Below, piece by piece: positions 51,106 through 61,241 of a DNA stretch of 64,000 bases. Positions within the stretch are counted from its first letter, which is position 1. Every line of letters starts with the position of its first letter. The position numbers and the translations under genes are program-made. Source of the stretch: a virus. The notes under the pieces are model-generated. The model was not told where the DNA came from. It ran no database searches and saw only the letters and a list, made by a program, of their open reading frames with translations. The stretch lies in the IMG/VR virus record IMGVR_UViG_3300037501_000029; one strand, given 5' to 3'.

Positions 51106-51142
51106 TTGAAAAAGCGGGGGCTCCTGATGGAGAGGAGCCCCC
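51106..51142 (-). terminator. intrinsic terminator downstream of the putative major capsid gene
   Basis: Perfect 10-bp stem GGGGGCTCCT (51116-51125) / AGGAGCCCCC (51133-51142) with a 7-nt loop. On the minus strand it is followed by GCTTTTTCAAATC. Confidence 0.75.
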
Positions 51143-51190
51143 TAGTTCGGGTGGGTGGTTCGTGGTTCAGACGGACTCAGTCAAATGTCC

Positions 51191-52486
51191 TCAGTGGCCC
51201 GACGGGATTGCGAGTGAGTGGATGAAACCGCCAGTGCTCTGCTTCGCGCAGTAGTAGTTCTCACTGGCGATCATCCAGAACTGAATGGCGAACGTCGCGG
51301 CCGCCGTGGTCGCTGCCCGTTTCAGATGAATGTAAGTGCCATCGCCGGGGACCTTGAAGAAGTCCTTGGGGAACAGCTCGACGCGGCCCCATTCAGACAG
51401 GTCGAGCAGATGGACCTTCGTCTTGCTGGCGTGAACGTCTTTCATGAAGTTGATGCCAGCGAGCGGGACCGTATCGCCGATAGCCGGGGCAACGTCAATC
51501 ATCTTGTCCGATGCGCCGCGCTGCCATCCGCTGATGGCGAGGCCGAGCTGTCCGATCTGGTAAGCTTGAGCGTCATGCAGCAGACCAGTTAATTTCGGCA
51601 GCGGAGCGTTGCCATTGCGTTGCCTGATCTGCTGCTGCAACTGCCAGATGTGATCCGGCACGAGAGCGCCGCTGGAAGCGTTGACTTTGTTCGGCAACAG
51701 GGCCTTATACGTCACGCGCGAAAGCCCCAGCAGATTGCCCGTGGTGGCGGTCGTGTGGAAGTAGTTCAGACCGTTGACCCATGCTGGGACGGTTCCGACG
51801 CCGGGCAGGGCGTAATAGTCCGTCGATTGTGGAATGATCGCGCCGAGGTTGGTGATGACGAACGTGCCCGCCGTCTTGTCCACGGTGGAAACATACGGCA
51901 GGTCGTCGGGGACCGCAGCAGTGCGATGGGTGCCGAGATCGTTGGAGTAGATCTCCAGCCTCATGCCTTCCGTCACCAGATTCGCTGCGTACTCCGAATC
52001 ACAGGTGACGGTCTCGGTCCCACCACCGCCGCTGGTGACGCTGGTTGACAGAGCCACAAGCCCCTGAGCCGCGCCGATGGCGTGCAGCCCAATGTCAAGG
52101 TAATGGATGTAGGTTGTCGGGGCCTCCTTCATCGCATCGTTGAATGCGTTGACGATGGCGAGTTCCTGATTCTGAGTGGTCAGCACGTCTTCCATGTTCA
52201 GCTCGAACGCGAGCTGCGTGGTGAAGTACGTCTGGTACATCTGCTTGATGTTCGTTTTGGAGCCAGTCATCAGGCTGCCGCCCGCAAGATTGGCTTTGCC
52301 GAACACCCCGGCCCGCTGCATCTTCATCGGGATGCGAAAGTCAAGACCGTTAGTTGTTTTGGTGATTTTTTCCGCGGGCGCTTTCTGCATGAGCCCGTAG
52401 AGAACGCCCTTGCCCGCAGCCTCGTAGGCTTCCGGCAGGACTTTGCGAACCTTCTCGATGGTCGCATTCAAGTATTCATTTGCCAT
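51191..52486 (-). CDS. putative major capsid protein, 431 aa
   Basis: Track ORF 51191-52579 trimmed to MANEYLNATIEKVRK.... Sits after the portal and the scaffold-like gene and is followed by the strongest terminator in the window. Assigned by synteny and size, not by motif. Confidence 0.5.
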   Translation of the reverse strand: MANEYLNATIEKVRKVLPEAYEAAGKGVLYGLMQKAPAEKITKTTNGLDFRIPMKMQRAGVFGKANLAGGSLMTGSKTNIKQMYQTYFTTQLAFELNMEDVLTTQNQELAIVNAFNDAMKEAPTTYIHYLDIGLHAIGAAQGLVALSTSVTSGGGGTETVTCDSEYAANLVTEGMRLEIYSNDLGTHRTAAVPDDLPYVSTVDKTAGTFVITNLGAIIPQSTDYYALPGVGTVPAWVNGLNYFHTTATTGNLLGLSRVTYKALLPNKVNASSGALVPDHIWQLQQQIRQRNGNAPLPKLTGLLHDAQAYQIGQLGLAISGWQRGASDKMIDVAPAIGDTVPLAGINFMKDVHASKTKVHLLDLSEWGRVELFPKDFFKVPGDGTYIHLKRAATTAAATFAIQFWMIASENYYCAKQSTGGFIHSLAIPSGH

Positions 52487-52517
52487 TGCTGGTTGCTCCT
52501 GGAATCGAAGATGTGCG

Positions 52518-53789
52518 CTATCTAGCCAGGGCCATGATGTCTTCGACCGTCCCGCCCTTGGCGCGAAGTTCCTTCGCACGTGCGGCCAGATCAGTTGTTG
52601 GATTCACGACTCGGTTAGTCCCGCCAGGCTCGGGCCTGGCGGCTGCCTGCTGCTGCGCGTTTGTCGTCGCCTGCGCGGAGGCGTTGAGAATCGGTTGAGC
52701 AACGGCATCAATCACACCTTTGCGGTGTGGCGCGACGGCCCGCTTCACAAACGTTCTCATCATGTCAGCCATGGCTTTCTTCGATTCCGCCGAAGGTGCC
52801 CGCTTGGCTCGCTGACGAATCAACTCATATTCACGCATCCAGCCGGGATTCGATTTCTTCGCGTCCTCGACCTTCTGCGTAAGTTCATGCACCATGTAGC
52901 CCCATTGCGGCTTGCCTTTGAATTGCTGTGCCACAGGAGCCAATGCTGCTTCAATCTCTTCCGTCTGCGCGGCTAACGCCTGTTCATCGGCCTGACTCAT
53001 CTGCAAGTCGAGCCATGATTGATGCTCCTGCGCCCGCTCAGCATAGAACTGGCGCCGCTCCTGCTCAAATCTTTCACGCTCCGACTGAAACGGATCGCGT
53101 TGACGCAGATCGTCGGCTGTCTTGAATTTCCCCGTCAGATGAAAGTCGAGATTCTGAGCCAGAAGCAGAAGTTGCTCATCCCGCGTGGTTGCCGCCCGCT
53201 CGTAGAGATCCTGGATCTGCCCGCCAATCACCTGCGATCTGATGTGCGAGTAGACCTGTGGCGCCACTTGCGGTAGCCGCTGCATCAGTCCCTCGGCCAC
53301 GAGCGCCACACTATTCGGGTTCGTTTGAGGACTGATATGGAAGTCCAACCACCGGCCGATTTGCTCCGGATTGCCGCTGCTGAAGTCATCGAGCATCTGC
53401 TGCGACCCGAGACTTCGCATGTAATGCTGTTGGATCAGTTCGACCGTCGCGCCTGGGATCATGCTGTCCAGCGCCCGCACAAAGTCCGCGTGAGCCAGAA
53501 GTTGCTTTGCCTTTTGCTCGCGGAAGAAGTACTGCTTGCCCTCTACCCGGTCGGGCTTGATGTCGAAATCGTCTTCGATCCCGGCAGGCTGTTCGGGTTG
53601 GCGGGGAGCTGCTGGAGTGGATTCCGGTTTGGCTTCAGTGGTCCCCTCGCCTGGTGTTTCCACAACAGGTGGCGTCTCCATGGAAGCCGAGGCGTCGTTG
53701 GACACGGGTTCAGTAATCGCATTGGGTGGTGCGTCTTGGACAGCGGGCGTCTCGATTGCACCGAGATCGGCTGTAGGGCTAGGCTGCAT
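52518..53789 (-). CDS. putative scaffolding protein, 423 aa
   Basis: Track ORF 52518-53912 trimmed to MQPSPTADLGAIE.... Acidic disordered N-terminus, long helical Gln/Glu/Arg-rich body. Lies between the portal and capsid genes. Confidence 0.45.
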   Translation of the reverse strand: MQPSPTADLGAIETPAVQDAPPNAITEPVSNDASASMETPPVVETPGEGTTEAKPESTPAAPRQPEQPAGIEDDFDIKPDRVEGKQYFFREQKAKQLLAHADFVRALDSMIPGATVELIQQHYMRSLGSQQMLDDFSSGNPEQIGRWLDFHISPQTNPNSVALVAEGLMQRLPQVAPQVYSHIRSQVIGGQIQDLYERAATTRDEQLLLLAQNLDFHLTGKFKTADDLRQRDPFQSERERFEQERRQFYAERAQEHQSWLDLQMSQADEQALAAQTEEIEAALAPVAQQFKGKPQWGYMVHELTQKVEDAKKSNPGWMREYELIRQRAKRAPSAESKKAMADMMRTFVKRAVAPHRKGVIDAVAQPILNASAQATTNAQQQAAARPEPGGTNRVVNPTTDLAARAKELRAKGGTVEDIMALAR

Positions 53790-56109
53790 TGGCTTGTGCT
53801 CCGAGTTGCTCGGCTGGTGGCGGCGTCCCGCCTTGTTGATCCACCGACGGAGGTGGGGCCTGTGCCCGCTGCCAGCACGCTTTGCCGTAGAGTACGACAT
53901 TGCGGTAGCCAAGCCTGTTGCGCTCAGCTTCGGTCTGGCCTGCGGCGCTCCTGCACCACTGCGCTACGTTGTTCGCTTCCGTCGCAAAGTTGGGGACAAA
54001 CTCCTCGGGTTGTTGCGAGGGTTGTTCCATTCCGTCAGGTCCTACGATGGGCTGTTCCTCGACCAACTGCTGAATCTTGCGGGCCGTGTAATCCCATTCG
54101 TCCTTGCCGGGAATTTGGAGATCCGTGATGCCGGGCAGAATCTTATCGACCAAGGCTCCTACATTGCTCATGTTGCGGAACTGCTTGTTTGTGGCATCGA
54201 GCCCAAACAGGATCTCGGCAAGCAACGGAGACTGACTGATGATGTTGTCGATGCGGGCTTGGATTTCGGCCAGCGACATTGGAATTCCGACTTCGCACTT
54301 GAACTCGTAATCGCCATTCTTCAGGGCTTCGAGATCCACTACATCGGCCGTGCTGAGCCCGCCTGACTTTATGCTGACCTGGATATCAGCCGACGCCCGG
54401 CGCACAACCATCTTGACCGCCAGATCGAACACCTGAGCGTAGAACCGCGAGGCAAATGTTCCAGGCGTGCCCAAGACTTGAAGCGCCTGAGCAAGTTCCT
54501 GCTGGACCTGCAATGCCGTTTTCTTTCCACCGGAACTTCCGCCCCATGCCGATGGCAACAGTCCCCAGTGTTGTTCGATGTTGTCTTTGATCCACGCGGC
54601 CAGCGGCATCGCCTGATCGGGGAACGTGGCAGTTGGGAACTTTACGATGGCGTCTTCAATGCGTCCGCCGAAAGTCGGCAGAATCGGAATCGCCTCGGCT
54701 GGTAGATGCGACTTGCGCTTGAATGCCTTGGCGTTGAACAGATCTGAGCGGTAGCCATAGGTCGGCAAACCGCGCTCTAGCAACGCCACCATAATGTTGC
54801 CCTGATCGTTTATGGCGTCTTGATGGCCGAGCCCAGCATAAGCGATCGGCTTGTGCTGAATCGTCTTGCCTGGCTCCGGCACACCGACCACCCAGCAGTC
54901 GCTCAGATTCTCATGCTCGATCCGGACGATCGCGCCATCGACCAGGCTGATTTTCATGCCGAGCGGGTAGTCCTGCTGGAGTTCGCCGCGGAGCGTCTCG
55001 TCCGTCAGGCATTCATACATCGCCGGCCGCAGCCAAATGCGCGTGTAGGTCCAATAGTTCTGCAACGCCGGCAACCCTGAGCCGCTGTTCGCTGTCTCCT
55101 GCGCCCGTGCATGACGTCCGGAAAGATTGGTTTGAGTATTGCCGCCCTGAACCTGTTCGGAGTTCTTGACTAGCCTGCGGAGATCTTCACCGAAGTAGTT
55201 GAGCAAGATTCCCTTGTGCTCCTCGTACTCATACCGCAGATACGGTGTCGATTCGAGGCTGTCTTTGCAGCCCTGTGACACTGTAACCGTAATGGGGGTG
55301 CAGAGTGTCAGCCGTGGACCTGCCTGCGGGAACTTCGCGGTTCCGGTGAACTCAGGCACGACTGCCGTTACCGGCTCTTCCCAGTTGCCATCCGAGATCT
55401 CAGACTGACAGGCAGGGCATGACATGACCTGTGACGGCATTCCCGTCATGGGGTCAAGCATGTCGAGGTAGTGCGGCGCCGGTGACTTCACCCCGCAGTT
55501 GCGGCAGAGGAATCCGCCCGGCTCCAGCATGACATCGCGTGGGGTGTACTGCGGGACTTCGACTTTGCCGAACATCTTTTCATCGGCGACCCATTGCAGG
55601 TAGCCGTAGACCTCGCCTGAATCCCACTGGCGGCTGAAGAATTCAAGATTCTTTGTCGGCAAATCCCAACAGCTTGTCAGCCATGTTTTGAGCGTGTTGG
55701 CTGAGCGAGCCGCCCGCCGGTCGGCTTCGCGGCTTGGGTTGCGGGGCTCGGCGACCCCGTTGTAGAACGGGCGGCTCCCCAGAATCGAATGATACTTCCG
55801 GCCATACCCCTTGATGATGTCGAAGTTAGAGTCATAGACGCCAGATTGCTCGCCGATGTCGCCGATACCTGAGAGCGTTGCACCCGCATAATCCAAGGCC
55901 CCGGTGGCCGACGATGCCGTCAGAATGGCGAACTGATCGCCCTTCATGTAGGCATCGACGCGCCGGATCTGGAGATACCGCTTTGCCCGCTCGGTCGCCG
56001 TCTCCTTCTCGACGTATTCGTCGATCAAGCGGCTTAACGGATCGCGCAGCTTATCAAGCGGATCTTCCGGCTCGGCTTTGGATTCGACTGTCGCTAGAAG
56101 CGGATTCAT
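53779..56109 (-). CDS. putative portal protein (776 aa) with an embedded CxxC...CxxC zinc ribbon
   Basis: Large ORF upstream of the scaffold/capsid genes in the same block as terL. Zinc ribbon at aa 202-234 (CRNC...CPAC). Assigned by size and position. Confidence 0.55.
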   Translation of the reverse strand: MNPLLATVESKAEPEDPLDKLRDPLSRLIDEYVEKETATERAKRYLQIRRVDAYMKGDQFAILTASSATGALDYAGATLSGIGDIGEQSGVYDSNFDIIKGYGRKYHSILGSRPFYNGVAEPRNPSREADRRAARSANTLKTWLTSCWDLPTKNLEFFSRQWDSGEVYGYLQWVADEKMFGKVEVPQYTPRDVMLEPGGFLCRNCGVKSPAPHYLDMLDPMTGMPSQVMSCPACQSEISDGNWEEPVTAVVPEFTGTAKFPQAGPRLTLCTPITVTVSQGCKDSLESTPYLRYEYEEHKGILLNYFGEDLRRLVKNSEQVQGGNTQTNLSGRHARAQETANSGSGLPALQNYWTYTRIWLRPAMYECLTDETLRGELQQDYPLGMKISLVDGAIVRIEHENLSDCWVVGVPEPGKTIQHKPIAYAGLGHQDAINDQGNIMVALLERGLPTYGYRSDLFNAKAFKRKSHLPAEAIPILPTFGGRIEDAIVKFPTATFPDQAMPLAAWIKDNIEQHWGLLPSAWGGSSGGKKTALQVQQELAQALQVLGTPGTFASRFYAQVFDLAVKMVVRRASADIQVSIKSGGLSTADVVDLEALKNGDYEFKCEVGIPMSLAEIQARIDNIISQSPLLAEILFGLDATNKQFRNMSNVGALVDKILPGITDLQIPGKDEWDYTARKIQQLVEEQPIVGPDGMEQPSQQPEEFVPNFATEANNVAQWCRSAAGQTEAERNRLGYRNVVLYGKACWQRAQAPPPSVDQQGGTPPPAEQLGAQANAA

Positions 56110-56468
56110 GCCAGTTCCGAATCAAAAAACTTCTCTAGATTGGCCATTGCGGCCTGCTGAGCTTCGGCCTGCACGGATCTGGTCGTGCGGATCGGAGAAT
56201 AGACCGGCTCAGTCTGTTCTATCTCAGGCATCGGCAGGCGTTCACTCGCCATGCCGAAGATCGAGCGCCCCGTCAGGCTTAACCATGCGGCATCGGCCAC
56301 GCGGCGGATGTCCTCGCACCGGGCTTCCGCCATGTCACGCTGAAGCGAGATCTGATTGATCTGTTCCTGAAGCGCCGCGCACTTCATCTCCAGCACGGCG
56401 TAGCCGGGGATGAGCAGTCTAAGCAAGCCCATCTTCTCCCTCTTGGCCCATTGCCTGACCTTCTTCAT
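56106..56468 (-). CDS. hypothetical protein (start uncertain: 56468 or 56432)
   Basis: Track ORF. ATGA overlap with the portal start. Confidence 0.4.
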   Translation of the reverse strand: MKKVRQWAKREKMGLLRLLIPGYAVLEMKCAALQEQINQISLQRDMAEARCEDIRRVADAAWLSLTGRSIFGMASERLPMPEIEQTEPVYSPIRTTRSVQAEAQQAAMANLEKFFDSELA

Positions 56469-56670
56469 CCTCGCCCAAGACTTCCAGGCATTCCTTCAAC
56501 ACGCCCTTAAGGTAAGCGAGTTTCGCCGCTGCGCTCTCTTCCTTCTCTAAATCTTCGGCCGCGCCCACCTTGGGCGACATCGGCATCTTGCCTTTCATGC
56601 CCGGAGGTCCGAGTCTGGGAGGCGCATCCTGCTTGCCGATTACTGCGATCATGAGTTTGGGTTTGTCCAT
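56419..56670 (-). CDS. hypothetical acidic protein, 83 aa
   Basis: Track ORF 56419-56808 trimmed to MDKPKLMIAVIGKQDAPP.... Confidence 0.4.
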   Translation of the reverse strand: MDKPKLMIAVIGKQDAPPRLGPPGMKGKMPMSPKVGAAEDLEKEESAAAKLAYLKGVLKECLEVLGEDEEGQAMGQEGEDGLA

Positions 56671-56684
56671 GTGTCTCCCCTTTC

Positions 56685-58475
56685 TCAATTTGAAACGCCG
56701 GGGTTGATAAGTTCCACCTGGAGGGTATCCATCGTTATGGTGTTGGACGCACTTGCCGTGCCCCATTGGGCCGTTACATGGACGTTCCTTGGTACAAGTG
56801 TCGCCCATTCAAACGTACCGCTATAAGCGGAAGTTGGTGCAGATACCCCTCCCACTCCAAAGAAACTAGGTCCGCGTTGCGCTGTTCCAGATATCCCGGT
56901 TGCGCGAACGACGAAGTCTGCTTGGGCGGACCATCCGTAGTCGGACGCATTATTCGCGGTAGTGACGTAGGTTCCCGCTACTGGATATCCGTCCACTCCG
57001 GTCCCACCGACGCGAATGGTGAGGGTGAGCGTGGGCGTTCCGGTTGTCGAATATTTCCCGCCGGCCCTGATCCTGACAATCAGCCCAACTTGATCGGTGT
57101 ATAGCGCCGGAATCTGATAAGACTTGCTGAACGCTGTCTCGCTCGCCGTGTTGGCGATTGCTGACGAACTGGTGACCGCGTTGTAGAGCGTGTTGTTCCA
57201 CTTCCAGATTCCCCATGGCTTCATATTGATCGACATACCGGCGGACCATGAATTCGTTCCTACCGGGTTGGGAAGGAGCTCTGAATCCGGATTGTATGGA
57301 AGGAAAAACATTCCTAGCGTTGCGCCTGTCCAGGACGAGTCATCCAGCAGGGTCGTCGCTGAGATATTGCACATATAGCAAACATAGGCAGCAGGGAAGT
57401 GACTGCCGTGAATGGTGGTCGCCTGTGAGACGAGAATTCCAATGGCCCCGGACGTTATGTTGAGACCAGTGAACATGCCGTTATCAGTAAAGCGCAGATT
57501 GACACCCACGCCGGACGATCCTGCCCCGATGGCAAAGTGTTTGAAGTGGTTTTTGGCTACGTCTAGAATAAAGCCGTATGGATTGCCAGTATCTGCGGCG
57601 CCAATTCGAATGCCGCTTGATGTTGCAACCCCGTTGGAATAAATCGAGATATTCTCCCACACATTGTTATTGGCCCCGATCACCACGCCGCTCGGATTGT
57701 CATACGCCGTGAGGTCGATGGAGTATGAGCCGCAACTGTCGATAGTCAGGTTGGTAAACGCCGAACTGAACGGATGAATCGCATACAACGCGCGGTCGGC
57801 ATGATGTGTCTGGGACCCACAACTGAAATACATATCCGAGAGCCGCACTCCCGCGATGGGGCCTAGGATCTGGAGCATTGTGCCCGAATCCGCGCCGGCC
57901 CAGTTGAGGCTGGTCGCCCCGCCGGGATTGAGGATCTCTGAAGATGTTCCGCCTGCTCCTTGCCCAATCAGACCGACGTTCTTGCGAGTCGATGCTCCTG
58001 CGGCTGAGCCATTGCCAATCGAAATTGTGGCGTAAACGGTCGTGGCCCCGGCAGGCAGGAGAATTGAGCCGCCTGCCGCCGGTAGATCACTCAATGCTTC
58101 CGGGATGCCGCCCGCAGCAGATGAGATCGCCCACTGGCCGGAGTGCGTATTCGATGTAGTAAAAGTCAGCGTGCCCGTCGATGCCCCAGAGGTACAACTG
58201 CCTCCAGTCACGAGTACGGCTTCAGCCGTCCCTGTCCCCCCGGAGATGTAGACGTAATGGTTCGCATCGGTCCCGTTGATGCCCTTAGGGCAAGGGGTCA
58301 GCGTGACAGTGTTGGCCCCGGAGGCGCTGAGGTCTCCCGTGGCTCCAATCCCATTGGTGCGGGTGAAGCGATAGTCAGATGCAGTCAGGAATGGCTTGTT
58401 CTTGATCTGGCTCCAATCGACCTGTTGGCCCTGGATCACCATTGCGAAGAACATCAACCCTGCAAGCTTCTTCAT
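56685..58475 (-). CDS. beta-helix / tailspike-like protein with a signal-peptide-like N-terminus, 596 aa
   Basis: Track ORF 56685-58688 trimmed to MKKLAGLMFFAMVIQGQQ (ATGA overlap with the upstream stop). VDWSQIKNKPF resembles the short phage tail-fibre repeat motif (W..I..KP), from memory. The central region has a beta-helix-like repeating pattern (NLTIDSCG, NISIYSNG, GLNITSG). Confidence 0.6.
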   Translation of the reverse strand: MKKLAGLMFFAMVIQGQQVDWSQIKNKPFLTASDYRFTRTNGIGATGDLSASGANTVTLTPCPKGINGTDANHYVYISGGTGTAEAVLVTGGSCTSGASTGTLTFTTSNTHSGQWAISSAAGGIPEALSDLPAAGGSILLPAGATTVYATISIGNGSAAGASTRKNVGLIGQGAGGTSSEILNPGGATSLNWAGADSGTMLQILGPIAGVRLSDMYFSCGSQTHHADRALYAIHPFSSAFTNLTIDSCGSYSIDLTAYDNPSGVVIGANNNVWENISIYSNGVATSSGIRIGAADTGNPYGFILDVAKNHFKHFAIGAGSSGVGVNLRFTDNGMFTGLNITSGAIGILVSQATTIHGSHFPAAYVCYMCNISATTLLDDSSWTGATLGMFFLPYNPDSELLPNPVGTNSWSAGMSINMKPWGIWKWNNTLYNAVTSSSAIANTASETAFSKSYQIPALYTDQVGLIVRIRAGGKYSTTGTPTLTLTIRVGGTGVDGYPVAGTYVTTANNASDYGWSAQADFVVRATGISGTAQRGPSFFGVGGVSAPTSAYSGTFEWATLVPRNVHVTAQWGTASASNTITMDTLQVELINPGVSN

Positions 58476-58774
58476 ACAAGCCCCCAGATATCCATGCCGG
58501 CCGAGGGGACAAACCCGTCTTGCCAAGTGATTGTGTTGCCGTCGCGCGTATAACCGCTGTTCTCGCGCCAGATCGTTCCGTTGCAGACTACCGCAACTGG
58601 AGTGGATGAGAAGGTAAATGTGACGCGCTCGCCATCGGGCGCCTCCAGGGGGGCGGCGATGGTCTGGTAGTTGATCGTTGGAATCCACGATAGATCGGTT
58701 TGCGGCGCGAACATCCCGCAGAGCACCATTGCGGGCTTGCGCCAGATTGCAGTGAAGTTCTTAAAGTAGATCAT
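58472..58774 (-). CDS. hypothetical protein, 100 aa
   Basis: Track ORF. ATGA overlaps at both ends. Confidence 0.5.
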   Translation of the reverse strand: MIYFKNFTAIWRKPAMVLCGMFAPQTDLSWIPTINYQTIAAPLEAPDGERVTFTFSSTPVAVVCNGTIWRENSGYTRDGNTITWQDGFVPSAGMDIWGLV

Positions 58775-59163
58775 TCACTTTGCCCCTGGATGTAGTCGCG
58801 GGAATCCTTAGCGAAGCGGTACGCGGCCGGAACCGCTCGCATGATATGAGATTTGGGCGTGAGCACATTGGCCATGCGGGCTCCCCAGTACAGAGCCGGC
58901 GCGGCAAGCACGCCTCGGGTTAGCATCGCAAGTCCCCGGTCCATCGGCTCAGGCCCAACGGAAGCATCGGCCGATTGCCTGAGGTTGTCTGCGCTTTGGC
59001 GCGTTCTGGCAACCCACCCAGGAGATCCAAGCCGCGTTGCTTCGCCTGCATTCGCTGCGGCGTCGGCAACATCGGCGGCATAGCGGTCGAACCCGGCTTT
59101 GATCGAGCCACCGGTCTTTGCGGCATCGTATCGGATGGCGTCAATCGCTTTGCGGAGGTCCAT
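58771..59163 (-). CDS. hypothetical protein, 130 aa
   Basis: Track ORF. The start overlaps the terL stop by 1 nt. Confidence 0.5.
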   Translation of the reverse strand: MDLRKAIDAIRYDAAKTGGSIKAGFDRYAADVADAAANAGEATRLGSPGWVARTRQSADNLRQSADASVGPEPMDRGLAMLTRGVLAAPALYWGARMANVLTPKSHIMRAVPAAYRFAKDSRDYIQGQSE

Positions 59164-61127
59164 CAGTTTGCGTACCTCCGGCGCGTCGGACCGGCCACGC
59201 GCGGCAATGTGAATGGCTGAGGTTCAGTCTCACCCAACTTCGCCTCGTGGTATCGCCGCACCAGATCAAGATTCGAGTTTTCCCAGCCCGGCGCGATGGC
59301 GTCCATCTTGGCCTTGATCTGGACATCGCGCGGGGCTTCCTCATGGCCGAACGGGAAACCTTTGATGAGATGAACGGCGGCATCCACCAAATCGTCGCCG
59401 TCCTGCTTGTCGGCTTCCTCGGTGTTGCCGGGTTTTTCCTGAATTGCCTCAATGCACGAGATCAATTGCGGCAAGGTGTTGAAGATTTGCAGGACCGGCA
59501 GTTTTTCTTCAGCGGCTTTCCGGAACGAATCCCGATATTCGTGATATGCCAAAGCGCCTTCTGTCAGGACTAAGTGCTTCGCATACTCCTCATTGAACTC
59601 AGCGGCCATGACGAGCGGTTGCCATCGCATATACTCTCGCATCAGACTGAAGCCATGCCGCCGCTTGGTCCCGCCGCCGGCCGGGATCAGGGTAATGACG
59701 GTGGACCGCCCGTGTTGAAGCTGGCGCCGCTTGACCGCTTCCCATGCCAGCTTCGGGTCTAGTTTCTCCTCGTCATCAGTTGGACTGAAGACAAATGCCG
59801 CGCCTGCTCCCAGAACCGTGTTGATGCCGCGGGCGATCTGATCGGCCTCACTCTCGCGTCCGTCCTTGTGGAAGCAATCGTGTGACAGAAACAGGTTCAT
59901 GTGACGAGAGGGCAAGCCGTCGAGGTCGATCATGCTCAGCCGGGCGACTTCCGCCCCGGCTTGCACGGTATCGAGCCCCTTGAATTTCGTCTCGCGGTAC
60001 AGCATCAACTGCTTGTCGGGGCTCCACGCGCCCCAGACCACGCCGGTATGGTGAGAGAATCCCCAGTCCATCCCGATAGCGCGAGGCCACCACGGGGCCA
60101 GTGGACGTGCCGGGATGACGTGCAGTGCATTCTCTGGCTCACTGGCGCGGCGCTCCTTCCGGAACATCGGGAAGAATGAGCCCTCGATACAGTCGAAGTC
60201 CCCCAGCGCCATGCGCCGATACTCGATTTCGTTAAACTGCTTCAACGCCTCCAGGTTGCGAATGTAGGACTGGTCCTGATCGGCAAGCCAATACGGGTTA
60301 TCCCATGCTGTTGAGTAAATCCACACGCGCGTGTTGCCAGTGAGCGGGCAGCGATATTTCTCACAGCTCTTTATTGGTGAGCCGTCTGGCCGGAATCGGA
60401 ACCGCGCGTTGATCCACCTGACGCCAGGACCGATCGGGTTCGCCGTCAGCATCATCTGGCACTGCATTTCGTTCATGTAGCGCGTGCGGTTGCGTTGTTT
60501 TAAGCGAATCCAGAGCAGTTCACTCGGAATGTGCGAGGCTTCTTCCACTACGATCCGGACGTACTCATGACCCATGTACTTCATGTAGGACTGCTCGTCC
60601 TCCAAGTGCCCGAAAAAGCCAGTCGCGCCACTGGGGAAGCGTACCGTCATGGGATTCTTGGGGCATTCCGCCCCGAGGCGGCGGGCGATTGCGGAGAATC
60701 GGTCGAACCAGTCCGTCAAGTCAACGCTGTTGCGGCGCAGGACCAAAAACCGATAGTGCGGATGATTGCAGTAGGAGACATCGGCGCGGCTGTTCCGCGG
60801 AGCTGGATTGCCCTTGAGAATGAAGCCGAAGGTATCCTCGGTTTTCCCGGACCCGGCGCCGCCCAACAGCGCAATTTCATCCGCCCGCGAAGTGACAGCC
60901 CATTCGTGCGGGCCTGGCGGGCAATCGCAGGGCAGCATCTCCTGATGGTGGAAGTGCTTTACGCCGTTCTCGTCGATGTTGTAGCCCGCGCAGGCAATGT
61001 AGCGCCATGGGATGTTCTCGGGCGGGATCTGCGGGGCGTGGGTTCGCAGTTCGTCAGGACTGAACCGCCCAAACAGCACTTGCGTCTGCTGGCGTTGGCG
61101 GCTGAGCTGTTTTGCGATTCTAGGCAT
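59163..61127 (-). CDS. terL: terminase large subunit
   Basis: 654 aa. Walker A LLGGAGSGKTE. Walker B-like YVRIVVEEAS. C-terminal nuclease-domain-sized region. Confidence 0.85.
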   Translation of the reverse strand: MPRIAKQLSRQRQQTQVLFGRFSPDELRTHAPQIPPENIPWRYIACAGYNIDENGVKHFHHQEMLPCDCPPGPHEWAVTSRADEIALLGGAGSGKTEDTFGFILKGNPAPRNSRADVSYCNHPHYRFLVLRRNSVDLTDWFDRFSAIARRLGAECPKNPMTVRFPSGATGFFGHLEDEQSYMKYMGHEYVRIVVEEASHIPSELLWIRLKQRNRTRYMNEMQCQMMLTANPIGPGVRWINARFRFRPDGSPIKSCEKYRCPLTGNTRVWIYSTAWDNPYWLADQDQSYIRNLEALKQFNEIEYRRMALGDFDCIEGSFFPMFRKERRASEPENALHVIPARPLAPWWPRAIGMDWGFSHHTGVVWGAWSPDKQLMLYRETKFKGLDTVQAGAEVARLSMIDLDGLPSRHMNLFLSHDCFHKDGRESEADQIARGINTVLGAGAAFVFSPTDDEEKLDPKLAWEAVKRRQLQHGRSTVITLIPAGGGTKRRHGFSLMREYMRWQPLVMAAEFNEEYAKHLVLTEGALAYHEYRDSFRKAAEEKLPVLQIFNTLPQLISCIEAIQEKPGNTEEADKQDGDDLVDAAVHLIKGFPFGHEEAPRDVQIKAKMDAIAPGWENSNLDLVRRYHEAKLGETEPQPFTLPRVAGPTRRRYAN

Positions 61128-61241
61128 CGGCGGGGTGGAGCGCGCGGGTTTACATCGGGAGGGTGGGGCTCAATGTTGCAAGAGGCTGGCCTACAACGCA
61201 GGCCGCTCAGTGTGGAACAATTCCCTCATCCCTCCCGAAAC

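Noticed and set aside
61130-61241. Intergenic region upstream of terL, with GGGAGGG...CCCTCCC long-range complementarity and a GGCCT/AGGCC hairpin, considered as a cos/pac or attP site.
   Set aside because: No repeats, no match elsewhere in the window, and no way to test this by eye. Left as an untested candidate mentioned under the integrase finding.
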